64,000 bases of DNA from Thermoanaerobaculia bacterium (GCA_036399695.1 DASWMP010000322.1:8997-72996), one strand, 5' to 3'; positions 18,773 through 28,704 are shown, numbered from the stretch's first letter. Notes: a model not told the origin generated them from the letters alone. A program made the numbers and translations.

Positions 18773-20530
18773 ATGCGCGACATGCGTTTTCCGCGACTTT
18801 CCCTCCTCGCACTGCTGCTCACCGTATCGTCCGCTACGCTCGCCGCCGCTCCGCCGGAAGCCGTTCAGCGCTCCCTGAATGCGATCAGCGGCAATGCCGT
18901 GAAGGCGCACGTGAAGTTCCTGGCCAGCGACCTCCTCGAAGGACGCGGTCCCGGTACCCGCGGCGACGCCCTGGCGACGCAGTACATCGCCTCCCAGTTC
19001 GAGGAGATGGGGCTGCTGCCGGCCGGGGACGGCGGCTCCTACTTCCAGAAGGTCTCGCTCCTCGGCGTGACGACCATCCCGGCGAAAACCTCCGTCTCCT
19101 TCGTCAAGCAGGACGGGCCGACGCTCGGCCCCCTAAAGTTCCTCGATGAATTCGTCGGCGCCGACCTCTCGCAGACCGAGACCAACACCTTCGATTCCGA
19201 GATCGTCTTCGTCGGCCACGGCGTCGTCGCCCCGGAAGAGAACTGGGACGATTACAAAGGTCTCGACACCCGCGGCAAGACGCTGGTCATGCTCGTCAAC
19301 GACCCGCCGGCCACGGCCGCGGAGCCGAATCTCTTCAAAGGACGGGCGCGCACCTACTACGGCCGCTGGACCTACAAGCTGGAGATCGGCGCGGCGAAGC
19401 AGGCGAAGAGCGTCATCCTGATCCACACGAACGACGCCGCCGGCTACGGCTGGAACGTCGTCCGGAACTCATGGAGCGGCGAGCAGGGGGCCGTGAAGAA
19501 CGAGCCCGGCAAGCATGCGCTGACGTTCGCCGGCTGGATGACGGAGTCGGTGGCCAAGCGCCTGTTCGCCGCCGCCGGCTATGACCTCGACACGCTGACG
19601 AAGGCCGCCGGCTCGCGCGACTTCAAGCCGGTCCCGCTCGGCGGCTACCGGATGCAGGGGAACGTCGCCAGCACGATCCGGCCGTTCGTCACGAACAACG
19701 TCGTGGCGCGCCTCGAGGGCACCGACCCGCAACTGAAGAACCAGGCGGTCCTCTACTCCGCGCATCACGATCACCTCGGCGTCGGCACGCCGAACGAGGC
19801 CGGCGACCGCATCTACAACGGCGCCATCGACAACGCTTCCGGTTGCGGGCTGCTGCTCGAACTGGCCCGCGTCTGGTCCGAAGCGGCCACCCGTCCGAAG
19901 CGCAGCCTCATCTTCGCCGCCGTCGCCGCGGAAGAGCAGGGCCTCCTCGGCTCGGAGTTCTTCGGCCGGAATCCCGTCATCCCGGCGGGCAACATCGCCC
20001 TCGGCATCAACATGGACGCGATCTACCTCTTCGGCAAAGTCAGCGGCGTGACGATGCTCGGCGCCGAGCGGATGTCGTTCGAGCCGGCGACGCGCCGCAT
20101 CGCCGAAGGCCTCGGCCTGACGATCGTCCCCGATCCGGCGCCGGAGCAGGGCTCGTACTACCGCTCCGACCACTTCAGCCTCGCCAAGGCCGGCGTCCCG
20201 GCCTTCTCCATCAAGCAGGGTAATGAGATCGTCGGCAAGGACGCCGAGTACGGCAAGCAGCGCTCCAACGAGTACCGCACGAAGCACTACCACCAGCCGA
20301 GCGACGAGGTCGATCCGACATGGGACTGGTCGTCGGCCGAGCAGGTGGGGCAGCTCGCGTTCTGGCTCGGCTACGAGGCGGCCAACGCGGCGGAGATGCC
20401 GAACTGGAACGCGGGCGACGAGTTCCGCGCCATTCGCGACCGCAGCCAGGGCATGACGTCGAGCAGCGGCGCGGGCGCTAGCGGAGCAACCAGCCCCCAG
20501 CCGCGGCCCAGACAAGAAAAAGAACGTTGA
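18773..20530 (+). CDS. Secreted M28-family aminopeptidase with a PA domain.
   Basis: Signal peptide, then the M28 zinc-ligand context (HHDHLGVG, NGAIDNASG, EEQGLLGS). Confidence 0.85.
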   Translation: MRDMRFPRLSLLALLLTVSSATLAAAPPEAVQRSLNAISGNAVKAHVKFLASDLLEGRGPGTRGDALATQYIASQFEEMGLLPAGDGGSYFQKVSLLGVTTIPAKTSVSFVKQDGPTLGPLKFLDEFVGADLSQTETNTFDSEIVFVGHGVVAPEENWDDYKGLDTRGKTLVMLVNDPPATAAEPNLFKGRARTYYGRWTYKLEIGAAKQAKSVILIHTNDAAGYGWNVVRNSWSGEQGAVKNEPGKHALTFAGWMTESVAKRLFAAAGYDLDTLTKAAGSRDFKPVPLGGYRMQGNVASTIRPFVTNNVVARLEGTDPQLKNQAVLYSAHHDHLGVGTPNEAGDRIYNGAIDNASGCGLLLELARVWSEAATRPKRSLIFAAVAAEEQGLLGSEFFGRNPVIPAGNIALGINMDAIYLFGKVSGVTMLGAERMSFEPATRRIAEGLGLTIVPDPAPEQGSYYRSDHFSLAKAGVPAFSIKQGNEIVGKDAEYGKQRSNEYRTKHYHQPSDEVDPTWDWSSAEQVGQLAFWLGYEAANAAEMPNWNAGDEFRAIRDRSQGMTSSSGAGASGATSPQPRPRQEKER

Positions 20531-21530
20531 TCGCGGTGAGGCGCCAGAAGAAGCGGCGGTCGCGGCCCGACTCACGCACGTAAATCCGCCAGCCGAGGAG
20601 GTTGGCGAGCGAGGCGATGATCGTGCCGCAGCCGCCGGCGTTCGCGCCGTAGAGCAGCTCACGCCAGTCGTTCGCGAAGGGCGCGAGCAGCACCGTCGCC
20701 GGAACGTTCGAGATCACCTGCGAGAGCGCGATGGCCGACCAGTAGGTATCGGCCGGAAAGCGCCAGTCGAACCCGCGCAGCCCTTCGACGACGATGAAGG
20801 CGAAGAAGAAGAGCGGCACGATCGAAAAGTCGATCTGCAGCAGGCGCCGCCGGAGGAAGAAGGCGCCGGCGAGGAGCGCGGCGATGGCGGCGGGCCAGGC
20901 GTTCACGACGCGGGCGATCTCGAGCAGCACGAGTGCGAAGCAGGCGAGGCCCGCGAGCGCGAGGTGATTCCGTCGCGGCGGCAGCTCGATCGTGGTCTTC
21001 GTCAGCACGCGCGAGCGGCCGAGGAGGAACGTGGCGAAGAGCAGGCCGGCGGCGCACCAGGCGACGAACGGGGCCATCGTCGCCACGAACGTCGCCGCGC
21101 TCATCCCCGACTTGTGAAAGACGAAGAGGTTCTGCGGATTGCCCAGCGGCGTGAGACAGCCGAGGAGATTCGCGGCGATCACTTCGAGCACAACGGCGTC
21201 CTCGACGTCGAAGTCGGAGAGCCTGCTGGCGATGACCGTGAACGGGATGACGACGAAGAGGGCTACGTCGTTCGTCACGAGCGCCGACAGCGCGCCGGTG
21301 AAGACGATCAGGGCGATCGCGAACGGCCGCGTGGTGCGGAAGCGGGCCACGGTCGCGGCGACGGCGCGATCGAGCCAGCCTGAAGCGCGGAGGATCTCCA
21401 CGGTGACGAGCAACGCGAAAAGCACGAGCAGCAGATCGAGGTCGATCGTGGAAAAAGCGGCTTGCGGTGTTACGCGCCGTGTAATGAGGAAGATCGCGGC
21501 GAGCACGGCCGCGATGAGGGCAGCGATCAT
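20478..21530 (-). CDS. ArsB/NhaD (CitMHS-like) anion permease.
   Basis: 350 aa with about 10 TM helices, resembling the arsenite/citrate transporter superfamily. Confidence 0.75.
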   Translation of the reverse strand: MIAALIAAVLAAIFLITRRVTPQAAFSTIDLDLLLVLFALLVTVEILRASGWLDRAVAATVARFRTTRPFAIALIVFTGALSALVTNDVALFVVIPFTVIASRLSDFDVEDAVVLEVIAANLLGCLTPLGNPQNLFVFHKSGMSAATFVATMAPFVAWCAAGLLFATFLLGRSRVLTKTTIELPPRRNHLALAGLACFALVLLEIARVVNAWPAAIAALLAGAFFLRRRLLQIDFSIVPLFFFAFIVVEGLRGFDWRFPADTYWSAIALSQVISNVPATVLLAPFANDWRELLYGANAGGCGTIIASLANLLGWRIYVRESGRDRRFFWRLTAINVLFLVWAAAGGWLLR

Positions 21531-21621
21531 CGGCGCGCAGTATTACACCGGCGGGCCGTCTGGTATCGGTGCTGCTAAGTGCTGCTCCATGACCCCGTTT
21601 TTCCGGTCTCTGGAGGATCTG

Positions 21622-22266
21622 ATGAAGTTGGCAATCCCGGTAGTTCTTCTCTCTCTTCTCGCGGTCGCGCCCGCGTTCGGACAGAGCCGCGCGTTCGATC
21701 TGACGGGCAACGTCGTGTGGGTCGACCCCAGCAGCGAAGGGACGTTCGACGATTTCGACGGTGACGCCGCCGACATCGAGTTCGACGGCACGATGGGCTA
21801 CGGCCTCGCGGCGAACATTTTCTGGGGCGATCGCATCTCGACCGAGCTCGCAATCTCGCGCGTCGACACCGAAGCCACGGTGCGGCGCCGCGCTGTCGGC
21901 AATGCCGGCGCTGATCTCGAGATGATGCCCATCACGGCCGTGCTGCAGTTCCATTTCATCCCGAACGGGAGGATCGATCCGTATGTCGGCGTCGGCGCCG
22001 CGTACGTGCTGTTCGACGACCTCGAGGATCCGGACGATCTCGACGACATCGACTTCGAGCGCATCGAGCTGCAGGACGATGTCGGCCTGGCGCTGAACGC
22101 CGGCCTGGGCATCCGCATCACGCCGCGCCTCGGCATCACGCTCGACGCCAAGTACGTGCCGCTGGAGTCCTCGGCCCGCGCCGTGTTCGTGACCGGCCCG
22201 GACACCGAGACCACGGTGGACATCAACCCCGTGATCTTCTCGGCAGGACTCACGCTGCGGTTCTAG
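21622..22266 (+). CDS. OmpW-like outer-membrane beta-barrel protein with an acidic loop insert.
   Basis: GGAGG lies 5 nt before ATG 21622. Signal peptide AVAPAFGQ and a C-terminal Phe. It is a paralogue of the gene at 5534..6181. Confidence 0.7.
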   Translation: MKLAIPVVLLSLLAVAPAFGQSRAFDLTGNVVWVDPSSEGTFDDFDGDAADIEFDGTMGYGLAANIFWGDRISTELAISRVDTEATVRRRAVGNAGADLEMMPITAVLQFHFIPNGRIDPYVGVGAAYVLFDDLEDPDDLDDIDFERIELQDDVGLALNAGLGIRITPRLGITLDAKYVPLESSARAVFVTGPDTETTVDINPVIFSAGLTLRF

Positions 22267-22282
22267 TTTTTGCGGAGAACGA

Positions 22283-22368
22283 CGGGACCTATGGGACAGA
22301 TGGGACCAATGGGACAGATGAGAGTCTCATTGGTCCTCTCGGTCCCATAGGTCTCATCTGTCCCGACA
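22283..22368. repeat. R6 9-mer element in a palindromic (hairpin) arrangement.
   Basis: Direct 9-mers (gggacctatgggacagatgggaccaatgggacagatg) are followed by their reverse complement. Confidence 0.8.
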
Positions 22369-22935
22369 GACGTGCCAGACTTCAGTCTGAGGCCGTCACA
22401 CCTAAGTTCGAGGTCGCGGAACTTCTGTTTGAGGCCGCCGCATCTCTGTTTGAGGCCGCCGCATCTCAGTTTTGAGGTCGCCGCATCTCAGTTTTGAGGC
22501 CGCCGCATCTCAGTTTGAGGCCGCCGCATCTCAGTTTGAGACCGCCGCACCTCAGTTTTGAGGACGCCGCATCTCAGTTTGAGGCCGCCGCACCTCAGTT
22601 TTGAGGACGCCGCACCTCAGTTCGAGGCCGCCGCACCTCAGTTTTGAGGCCGCCGCATCTCAGTTTGAGGCCGCCGCACCTCAGCTTCGAGGTCGCCGCA
22701 CCTCAATTTGACGCCACCGAACTTCAGTTTCGAGGCCGCCGCACCCCAGTTTTGAGGTCGCCGCGCCGCAATTTAAGGCCGCCCCAGCTCAGTTTGAGGC
22801 CGCCTCATCTCGATTTGAGGCCGCCGCACCTCAGCTTCGAGATCGCCGCGCCTCAGTTTCGAGGGCGCCGCGCCTCAATTTCAGGTCGCCGCACCTCAAT
22901 TCGAGGTCGTCGCACCTTGTTTTGACATCGCTGAA
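22363..22935. repeat. Tandem array of about 27 contiguous 21/22-bp units (GAGGCCGCCGCATCTCAGTTT[T]). It is not a CRISPR.
   Basis: Units abut with no spacers and degenerate toward the right end. Each unit contains the short palindrome TGAG...CTCA. Confidence 0.9.
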
Positions 22936-23117
22936 CTCAGCTTGGCCGCAGACGGTCCGGTGCCCACGGAGGCGTTGCCGCCGCTCGCGAACGAGCGAAG
23001 TGATGCGGCGCCGTGTAGCGGGGTCATCGGGGCGGGCCGCCCGAAAGATGTTCCACCGCACCTTGACACCCGGCGGTCGGCGACCTATCTTTGTCGCCAG
23101 GAGGCTGAGACGGTTAA

Positions 23118-23792
23118 ATGACGAACGACGAGCGGGCGCCCAAGAGCGCCACGACAGCATGCCGGGAACGGCGCCACCCGCAGAGCGGGCAGGCGGCCGG
23201 TCCGGCATGGGTGCGTCCGCTTCGCCGGGCGCAGCGTGCGCTCGACCGGTCGGCTCGTCTGATGGCTTCCGGTGTGACGGTGGCCGCGCGCTCGGAGCGT
23301 GCGGCCCAGTGGCGGCCGATCCGCAGCTCGCAGAACCTCGAGCATGCCGAGACCCGTCTGTCGATGGCCGCTTCCCGTCTGGGCCAGGTGGCCAAGGAAC
23401 TGGCCGAGATCACGGCCTGCCTCGAGCGCGAGCCCGAAACCGGCGCAGGTGCGCCGGAGCAGTTCATGGCCATCATGCAGCGCTGGATGGTCATGAGCCT
23501 CTCGCTCGGTCAGGTCTCGTCGACCGTCTTCGCGCTGCATGAAAACATGCTCGCCGGGCTGGCCTCGGGCGAGCTGGTGGCCGAGCGCGTCCCGGGCAGC
23601 CCGCTCCGGATCCTCCTGACGCCGCGTCCCGCTCCCATTCGTGTCTCGCTCTCGGTCCGGCTGAGCCGGGCCGCCGACCGCATTTCCATCGCGCTCAAAC
23701 GACGGCGAAGGGCGAACCGCCCGGCAGCCGTCAGCGTTCCACGTCGCGCCTCTCAGGGGCGCGCGCCTCCGCTTTCGCTCTGCCTGCTCTGA
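23118..23792 (+). CDS. Hypothetical protein (orphan).
   Basis: High GC3 in this frame and no recognisable domain. The start is uncertain. Confidence 0.4.
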   Translation: MTNDERAPKSATTACRERRHPQSGQAAGPAWVRPLRRAQRALDRSARLMASGVTVAARSERAAQWRPIRSSQNLEHAETRLSMAASRLGQVAKELAEITACLEREPETGAGAPEQFMAIMQRWMVMSLSLGQVSSTVFALHENMLAGLASGELVAERVPGSPLRILLTPRPAPIRVSLSVRLSRAADRISIALKRRRRANRPAAVSVPRRASQGRAPPLSLCLL

Positions 23793-23831
23793 TCCATCCA
23801 TTGCAGTCTGCGAAAAATTAGGAGGCTCTCA

Positions 23832-24395
23832 ATGAGCGCTAACAATAAAGCTGTGTCCGCGGTTGAGCTCGACCCGGTTGCCATCAACTACAGACAAGAG
23901 GCGCAGGTGCGCATGCAGGAAATTCGTCTCTTCCGCGACTCGCTTCCCCACTTCACCATCCCGGAGACCCGCGAATCCAAGAGACGTCTGAGCCCGGCCG
24001 CCTCGATCCCGTCGGAGTTCGTCGAATTGGTCACGGTGGCGCTGGCTAATCAGAAAGGCCTGGCGCGCGTCGATGGCGCGAGCCCGGCCGAGGTCTTTGA
24101 CCTGGTCAGCTATGCGGACGCTTTCGCGCCGTTGGCGGACGAACTGGAGGCACTGGCGCAGTTCGTCCGTTACAGCGTCACGGTGGCGCGGAACAAGGCG
24201 GGAAGCGAGTCGCTGACGACCTACGCGGTCGCGCAGCGTCTGGCGAAACGGCCGGAGAACGGCCATCTGGTGCCGTACGTCGACGACATGCGCCGTGCCC
24301 TTGGCCGGGTGCGGAAGGCTTCGGCGGAGAAGGTCGAGCCCAAGCCGGCGCCGAAGGCCACGAGCGAACCGCCGGCATCGCAGCAGCAGCCGTAA
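23832..24395 (+). CDS. Hypothetical protein (orphan), 187 aa.
   Basis: AGGAGG lies 6 nt upstream of the ATG. The C-terminus is Pro/Ala/Lys-rich. A hairpin plus T-tract terminator lies downstream. Confidence 0.55.
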   Translation: MSANNKAVSAVELDPVAINYRQEAQVRMQEIRLFRDSLPHFTIPETRESKRRLSPAASIPSEFVELVTVALANQKGLARVDGASPAEVFDLVSYADAFAPLADELEALAQFVRYSVTVARNKAGSESLTTYAVAQRLAKRPENGHLVPYVDDMRRALGRVRKASAEKVEPKPAPKATSEPPASQQQP

Positions 24396-24417
24396 CGACT
24401 GAAGTGCAGTAGATGAA

Positions 24418-24452
24418 GGCGGGCGCGTCCGCAAGGGCGCGCCCGCCTTTTG
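24418..24452 (+). terminator. Intrinsic terminator (GC hairpin followed by TTTTG).
   Basis: ggcgggcgcg...cgcgcccgcc followed by ttttg. Confidence 0.5.
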
Positions 24453-24506
24453 CCGGTGCTTGCCGGTACTCCGTCGCGGCTCGTTCCATGAAGGCGCCGA
24501 CGACGC

Positions 24507-25436
24507 TCACGTCGGCGTGTCTGCCGCCGGAAGACCTTCTCCGCGCAAGCGGCTGATGTCTCTCGTCGGCGCGCTTCCGAAGAAGCGGCTGTACTCGCGG
24601 CTGAACTGTGCCGCGCTCATGTAGCCGACGCGGCGGCCTGCAGCTCCCACGTCCGTCGTTGCCGTCAGCATCAGCCGCCTGGCCTCCTGCAGCCGAAGCG
24701 TTTTCTGGTATTGCAGAGGGCTCATGCCGGTGACGGCCTTGAATTGCCGATGAAACGACGTGACGCTCATGTTCACCAGCTTCGCCAGCTCGCCGATGTC
24801 CGCGGGCTGGTCGAAATTCGTCCGCAGCCATGACACCGCGTTGGCGATGCGTTGCATGCTCGATCCGGCTTGCCCGATCTGCGCAACGCGACTCCCCATC
24901 GGACTGCGAAGCAGCCGGATCAGAATCTCATCCAGCACGAGCGGCGCGAGGAGCTCGGCGTCGACCGGCTGCTCGATCAGCTCGACCAATCGCGCTGCCG
25001 CATCGATGATGTGCGCATCGGCGTCGCCGACGTAGAGCGCGCGGGTCTCTCGCGGTTTCGGCACGCCCTCCGGAAACACTTTCGGCACGAGCCCGGCGAT
25101 CTTCTCCGCATCGAGATCGATCATCAGCACCAGGTACGGCTCGGCGTAACTCGCGCGCGTGACGCGGCCGGCGATCGGAACGTCGACCGAGTACAGCGCC
25201 ATCTGCCCGGCCTCGTAACTGTAGGTGTCTCCGCCGATCATCGCGATCTTCGCGCCCTGCGCGGCGACGCACAACGACGATTGCTGTACGTAGTGCACCG
25301 GCTCCCGATTCGGCCGCGACACTCTGGCTGCATGGACACCGGGCATCGGAAGGTCGACCGTTGCGTCGTTGGGGACGATCGCGCCGATCGACTTGGCCAG
25401 CGCCGCGATGCCAGTAATTTCTCTTGCGCGCATCAT
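24507..25436 (-). CDS. AraC-family transcriptional regulator.
   Basis: C-terminal double HTH (SFHRQFKAVTGMSPLQYQ...AAQFSREYSRFFG). Start taken at the MM codons at 25436. Confidence 0.85.
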   Translation of the reverse strand: MMRAREITGIAALAKSIGAIVPNDATVDLPMPGVHAARVSRPNREPVHYVQQSSLCVAAQGAKIAMIGGDTYSYEAGQMALYSVDVPIAGRVTRASYAEPYLVLMIDLDAEKIAGLVPKVFPEGVPKPRETRALYVGDADAHIIDAAARLVELIEQPVDAELLAPLVLDEILIRLLRSPMGSRVAQIGQAGSSMQRIANAVSWLRTNFDQPADIGELAKLVNMSVTSFHRQFKAVTGMSPLQYQKTLRLQEARRLMLTATTDVGAAGRRVGYMSAAQFSREYSRFFGSAPTRDISRLRGEGLPAADTPT

Positions 25437-25483
25437 TTCTCCACCCAAGACCCTCGCGAGGGGCATCAGCTACGGGGCGTGAG

Positions 25484-26341
25484 TCAGCGGACCTCCGCCG
25501 GATCATCGACCGCGAGCGAGGACGACAACTCCCGGTACGCGTTCGCCTGCTGTTGAAGCGTGGCGATCTTCTGCTCCGCGGTGGCGATCGCGTCGGCGCC
25601 GGCGATGAAGCGCTGCGGCGGAGTTTCCTCTTCGGCGATGGTGATCAGAGCGCGTGCGAGCTTCGCCGGATCGCCGGACTGTTTGCCGTTCATCGCTTTC
25701 CACGACTCGATGAGCGGCGCTCGGCGCTCGTCATAGTCGGCGATCGACGGCTCCGCGTAATTTGTCGATTGATCCGTGAGCAGTTCCGTGCGGAAGAACC
25801 CTGGATTCACGATCGTGGTGGCGATGCCGAACGGCGCAACCTCGGCGCCGAGGGACTCCATCCAGCCCTCGAGGCCGAACTTGGACGCCGCGTAGGCGCT
25901 CACGAAATCGTAGCCAGCGCCGAGACCGGCGGACGAGGAGATCGTGATGACGTGCCCGGAGCGCTGCTTGCGCATCACCGGCAGGACGGCGCGGGTGACG
26001 TTCATCGGGCCGAAAAGGCTCGTGGCCAACTGCCGCTCGATCTGGTCGGGCGTCAGCTCCTCGAAGTAGCCGGCGTAAAAGCTCGCGGCGTTGTTGACCA
26101 GGACGTCGATGCGCCCGAACCGGGTGACCGCTGCCTGCACAGCCGCCTCAGCATCGGCTCGGCTGGTGACGTCGAGCTTCACCGCCAGCACGTTCTCCGA
26201 CTCTCCCACGGCCCTGGAAACGCGCTCGGCGTCCCGGCCGGTGGCGACGACGGCGTGACCCGCCGCCAGGACGGCTCGCGCGAAATCGAGGCCCATGCCG
26301 CGGCCGGCGCCCGTGATGAACCAGATCTTCTTCTTCTTCAT
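25484..26341 (-). CDS. SDR-family oxidoreductase.
   Basis: TGAGRGMG cofactor motif and a YxxxK active site (YAASK). A GGAGGA RBS precedes the start. Confidence 0.9.
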   Translation of the reverse strand: MKKKKIWFITGAGRGMGLDFARAVLAAGHAVVATGRDAERVSRAVGESENVLAVKLDVTSRADAEAAVQAAVTRFGRIDVLVNNAASFYAGYFEELTPDQIERQLATSLFGPMNVTRAVLPVMRKQRSGHVITISSSAGLGAGYDFVSAYAASKFGLEGWMESLGAEVAPFGIATTIVNPGFFRTELLTDQSTNYAEPSIADYDERRAPLIESWKAMNGKQSGDPAKLARALITIAEEETPPQRFIAGADAIATAEQKIATLQQQANAYRELSSSLAVDDPAEVR

Positions 26342-26655
26342 GACTTTTCCTCCATGCTCGACCACCGATTCGTTCTGAGCGGCCCACGGACTGCAACGGT
26401 CGAGCACTTGCCGTCCTGGACTGTTTTGACGCGCGGATGCGTGTTCATTCCTTCCCCGAGTCCCGTTCGTACGATCTCGAAGAGCTCCGCAACCGTCGCC
26501 ACACCCAACGTAACGTCGCTGAGGAGTGCAATCGTTGACCTATCCTTCCAGGGTTTTGCACGATCCTTCCAAATGCAGCCTTCAGCCCGCTCCGCGGGCG
26601 GCAGCTTCGTAGCCCCGGGCGAAAGCCCCGATGGCGTTGACCTAGAGGTTGCCTC

Positions 26656-26755
26656 ATGTGGGACAGACACTCCTGTCTGTCCGGCCCACCCCCGAGGTCC
26701 TCCAGACAAGCGGCCGTTCGGGTGCACCGGACAGACAAGAGTGTCTGTCCCACAT
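26656..26755. repeat. R1 element: two inverted 26-bp units around a 48-bp spacer.
   Basis: atgtgggacagacactcctgtctgtc ... gacagacaagagtgtctgtcccacat. Confidence 0.85.
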
Positions 26756-26838
26756 CTAAGTCAACGGCATTAGCGGCTTTCGCCCGGGGCTACGACGTTG
26801 GCGCGCGCCGGAGGCGGGCTGAAATCGCAGCAGCGCCT

Positions 26839-27786
26839 CTACACCCTCGCCCGATCGGGCCGTGGCTGCCGGGCGGCGCGCATGGCCAGCATGGCGGCGC
26901 CCTCGGTGGGGGAGTGCTGCGGCGGGATCAGCGTGACTCCCGGCGCGTCGCGCAGGATGCGCAGGCGCATCGGATCGAGCAGCAGTTCTCCGGCGTGGAA
27001 CGCGCCGCCGACATGCGCCACCGGGAACTCCTGATCGGTCATGTGCAGGCGCCGCGCAACCGCGAGCACGCACTCCGCGAGCTCGATGCCGCCTCTCGCC
27101 AGGATGTCGCGCGCGACCGGATCCCCTTCCATCGCCGCGGCGATGACGAGCTTGCCGTAGCGGGCGATGTCGTCGGCGTGCGTCGTCGTCGCATAGACGA
27201 ACTTCGGCAGGTCCTCCGGGCGGCACATGTCGTAGTCGCTGCAGAGGAGGTCCGTCATCTTCGTGGCCAGGCCGCGGCCGTCGTGGGCGCGCACGATCGC
27301 GGAGAGCCCTTCGTTGGCGATCCAGTAGCCGCTGCCTTCGTCGCCGAGCGTCGGGCCCCAGCCGCCGGAGCGCGCCTCCTCGCCATCGACGTTGCGGCCG
27401 AAGGCGACCGAGCCGGTGCCGGCGATGATGACGATGCCGGGGCCGAAGCCGACGGCGCCGGTCAGCGCGACGCGGGCGTCGGTGTCGACGATGAAGTTGC
27501 CCTGCGGGAAGAAGATGCGCAGGGCGTCGACGACCCTCTGGTGATGGGCCGGATGATCGGCGCCGGCGACGCCGCAGTAGGCGTACTCGACGTTGCGGAT
27601 GGCGATGCCGGCTTCGACGAGGGCGATGTTGACGGCTCGTTCGATGTTGCGGGTGGCCTCTTCGAGGCCGACGCGAAGGTGGTTCGAGCCGCCGGCGAGA
27701 CCGCGGCCGAGGGGCTGCCCATCTTCATCGACGACGAGCGCGGCGGTTTTGGAGGCCCCACCGTCGAGGCCGATGAAATAACGCAT
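26839..27786 (-). CDS. BadF/BadG/BcrA/BcrD-type ATPase (N-acetylglucosamine kinase-like).
   Basis: FIGLDGGASKT and IIAGTGS motifs of the ASKHA sugar-kinase fold. Confidence 0.85.
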   Translation of the reverse strand: MRYFIGLDGGASKTAALVVDEDGQPLGRGLAGGSNHLRVGLEEATRNIERAVNIALVEAGIAIRNVEYAYCGVAGADHPAHHQRVVDALRIFFPQGNFIVDTDARVALTGAVGFGPGIVIIAGTGSVAFGRNVDGEEARSGGWGPTLGDEGSGYWIANEGLSAIVRAHDGRGLATKMTDLLCSDYDMCRPEDLPKFVYATTTHADDIARYGKLVIAAAMEGDPVARDILARGGIELAECVLAVARRLHMTDQEFPVAHVGGAFHAGELLLDPMRLRILRDAPGVTLIPPQHSPTEGAAMLAMRAARQPRPDRARV

Positions 27787-27907
27787 GCGCCCGGTGCTGG
27801 AGCAACGTCGGTGCCGGAGGCTGTCGTCAATACCGGTCCGAGCCTTGCAAATAACCCATGCTGCCGCGGCATATGCAGCCGCGAATGAACACTAACAGAA
27901 GGAGTGA

Positions 27908-28396
27908 ATGCGTATGAAACGCAATCGGAATCTCACGATCGTGATGCTTGCCATCATGGCAGTCGGTCTTCTCGCAATGAGCGCCTGTAAGTCGAGCGGT
28001 ATGGCCGTGACGAGTCGCGGTCAGTTCCTCAAGCTGAGCATCGAGCACCCCAACGAACTCCCGGAAGCGGGTGAAGACAACCTCGACATCGTCGTCGCCA
28101 ATCGCGGCGTCAACAACATCCAGGACATCATGCTCGACGTCGAGCTGCCGCCGCAGCTCGTGGTCCTCGACCAGACCAACCCCCGTGGCATCAACGTGAC
28201 GCATGACCCGGGCACCAACGTGTACCACTTCACGTTCGGCAACGTGCAGCCGGCCGAAACCGCGACCATCCGCTTCCGCGTCCGTACCGCCTTCGGTACC
28301 TATCGCGAGAGCGGCAGCGTCCGCGCCACGGCCTGGCAGTCCGGCCTCCCCGGCGACAAGCTCGTTGAGACGGCCGTGATCAGGCTGCGCCAGTAA
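27908..28396 (+). CDS. Lipoprotein with a DUF11/CARDB-like beta-sandwich domain.
   Basis: AAGGAG RBS, signal peptide with a Cys (LLAMSAC), and repeat-domain-like motifs. Confidence 0.6.
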   Translation: MRMKRNRNLTIVMLAIMAVGLLAMSACKSSGMAVTSRGQFLKLSIEHPNELPEAGEDNLDIVVANRGVNNIQDIMLDVELPPQLVVLDQTNPRGINVTHDPGTNVYHFTFGNVQPAETATIRFRVRTAFGTYRESGSVRATAWQSGLPGDKLVETAVIRLRQ

Positions 28397-28400
28397 CGTA

Positions 28401-28500
28401 GTTGGCGGTTGGCAGTTGGCGGTTGGCAGTAAAGATTGGCGGTAGGTATGTGGCGCCGGCGGGTTCTCCTGCCTACCGCCAACTGCCTGCCGCCAACTGC
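28401..28500. repeat. R2 palindromic element.
   Basis: gttggcggttggcagttggcggttggcag ... ctaccgccaactgcctgccgccaactgc. Confidence 0.85.
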
Positions 28501-28548
28501 TTTCCGGCATCTCCATTGCAATTAATAACTGTATTGAAAGGAGATCTG

Positions 28549-28704
28549 ATGCGCATTCAGGAAACGAATGAAATTCTGAAAGAGTCGCGTTACACGCGTC
28601 ACGGTTCCACCATGCAGGAAGAGCACGAGGGCATGATGACGCGCGCCTGGAGGATGATCTCCGGCCTCCCGACGAAACTGACTGGGATGTTCCACAAACG
28701 ATAA
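28549..28704 (+). CDS. Candidate 51-aa small protein.
   Basis: AAGGAG (28538-28543) lies 5 nt before ATG 28549. A strong intrinsic terminator follows. Local GC is lower than in the flanking genes. Confidence 0.4.
   Translation: MRIQETNEILKESRYTRHGSTMQEEHEGMMTRAWRMISGLPTKLTGMFHKR

Noticed and set aside
19469-20662. 397-aa minus-strand ORF antisense to the M28 peptidase.
   Set aside because: A shadow ORF. The peptidase frame carries the zinc-ligand motifs.
22363-22935. Possible CRISPR array.
   Set aside because: The repeats are contiguous with no unique spacers. The units degenerate gradually. No cas genes are nearby. It is a tandem minisatellite.
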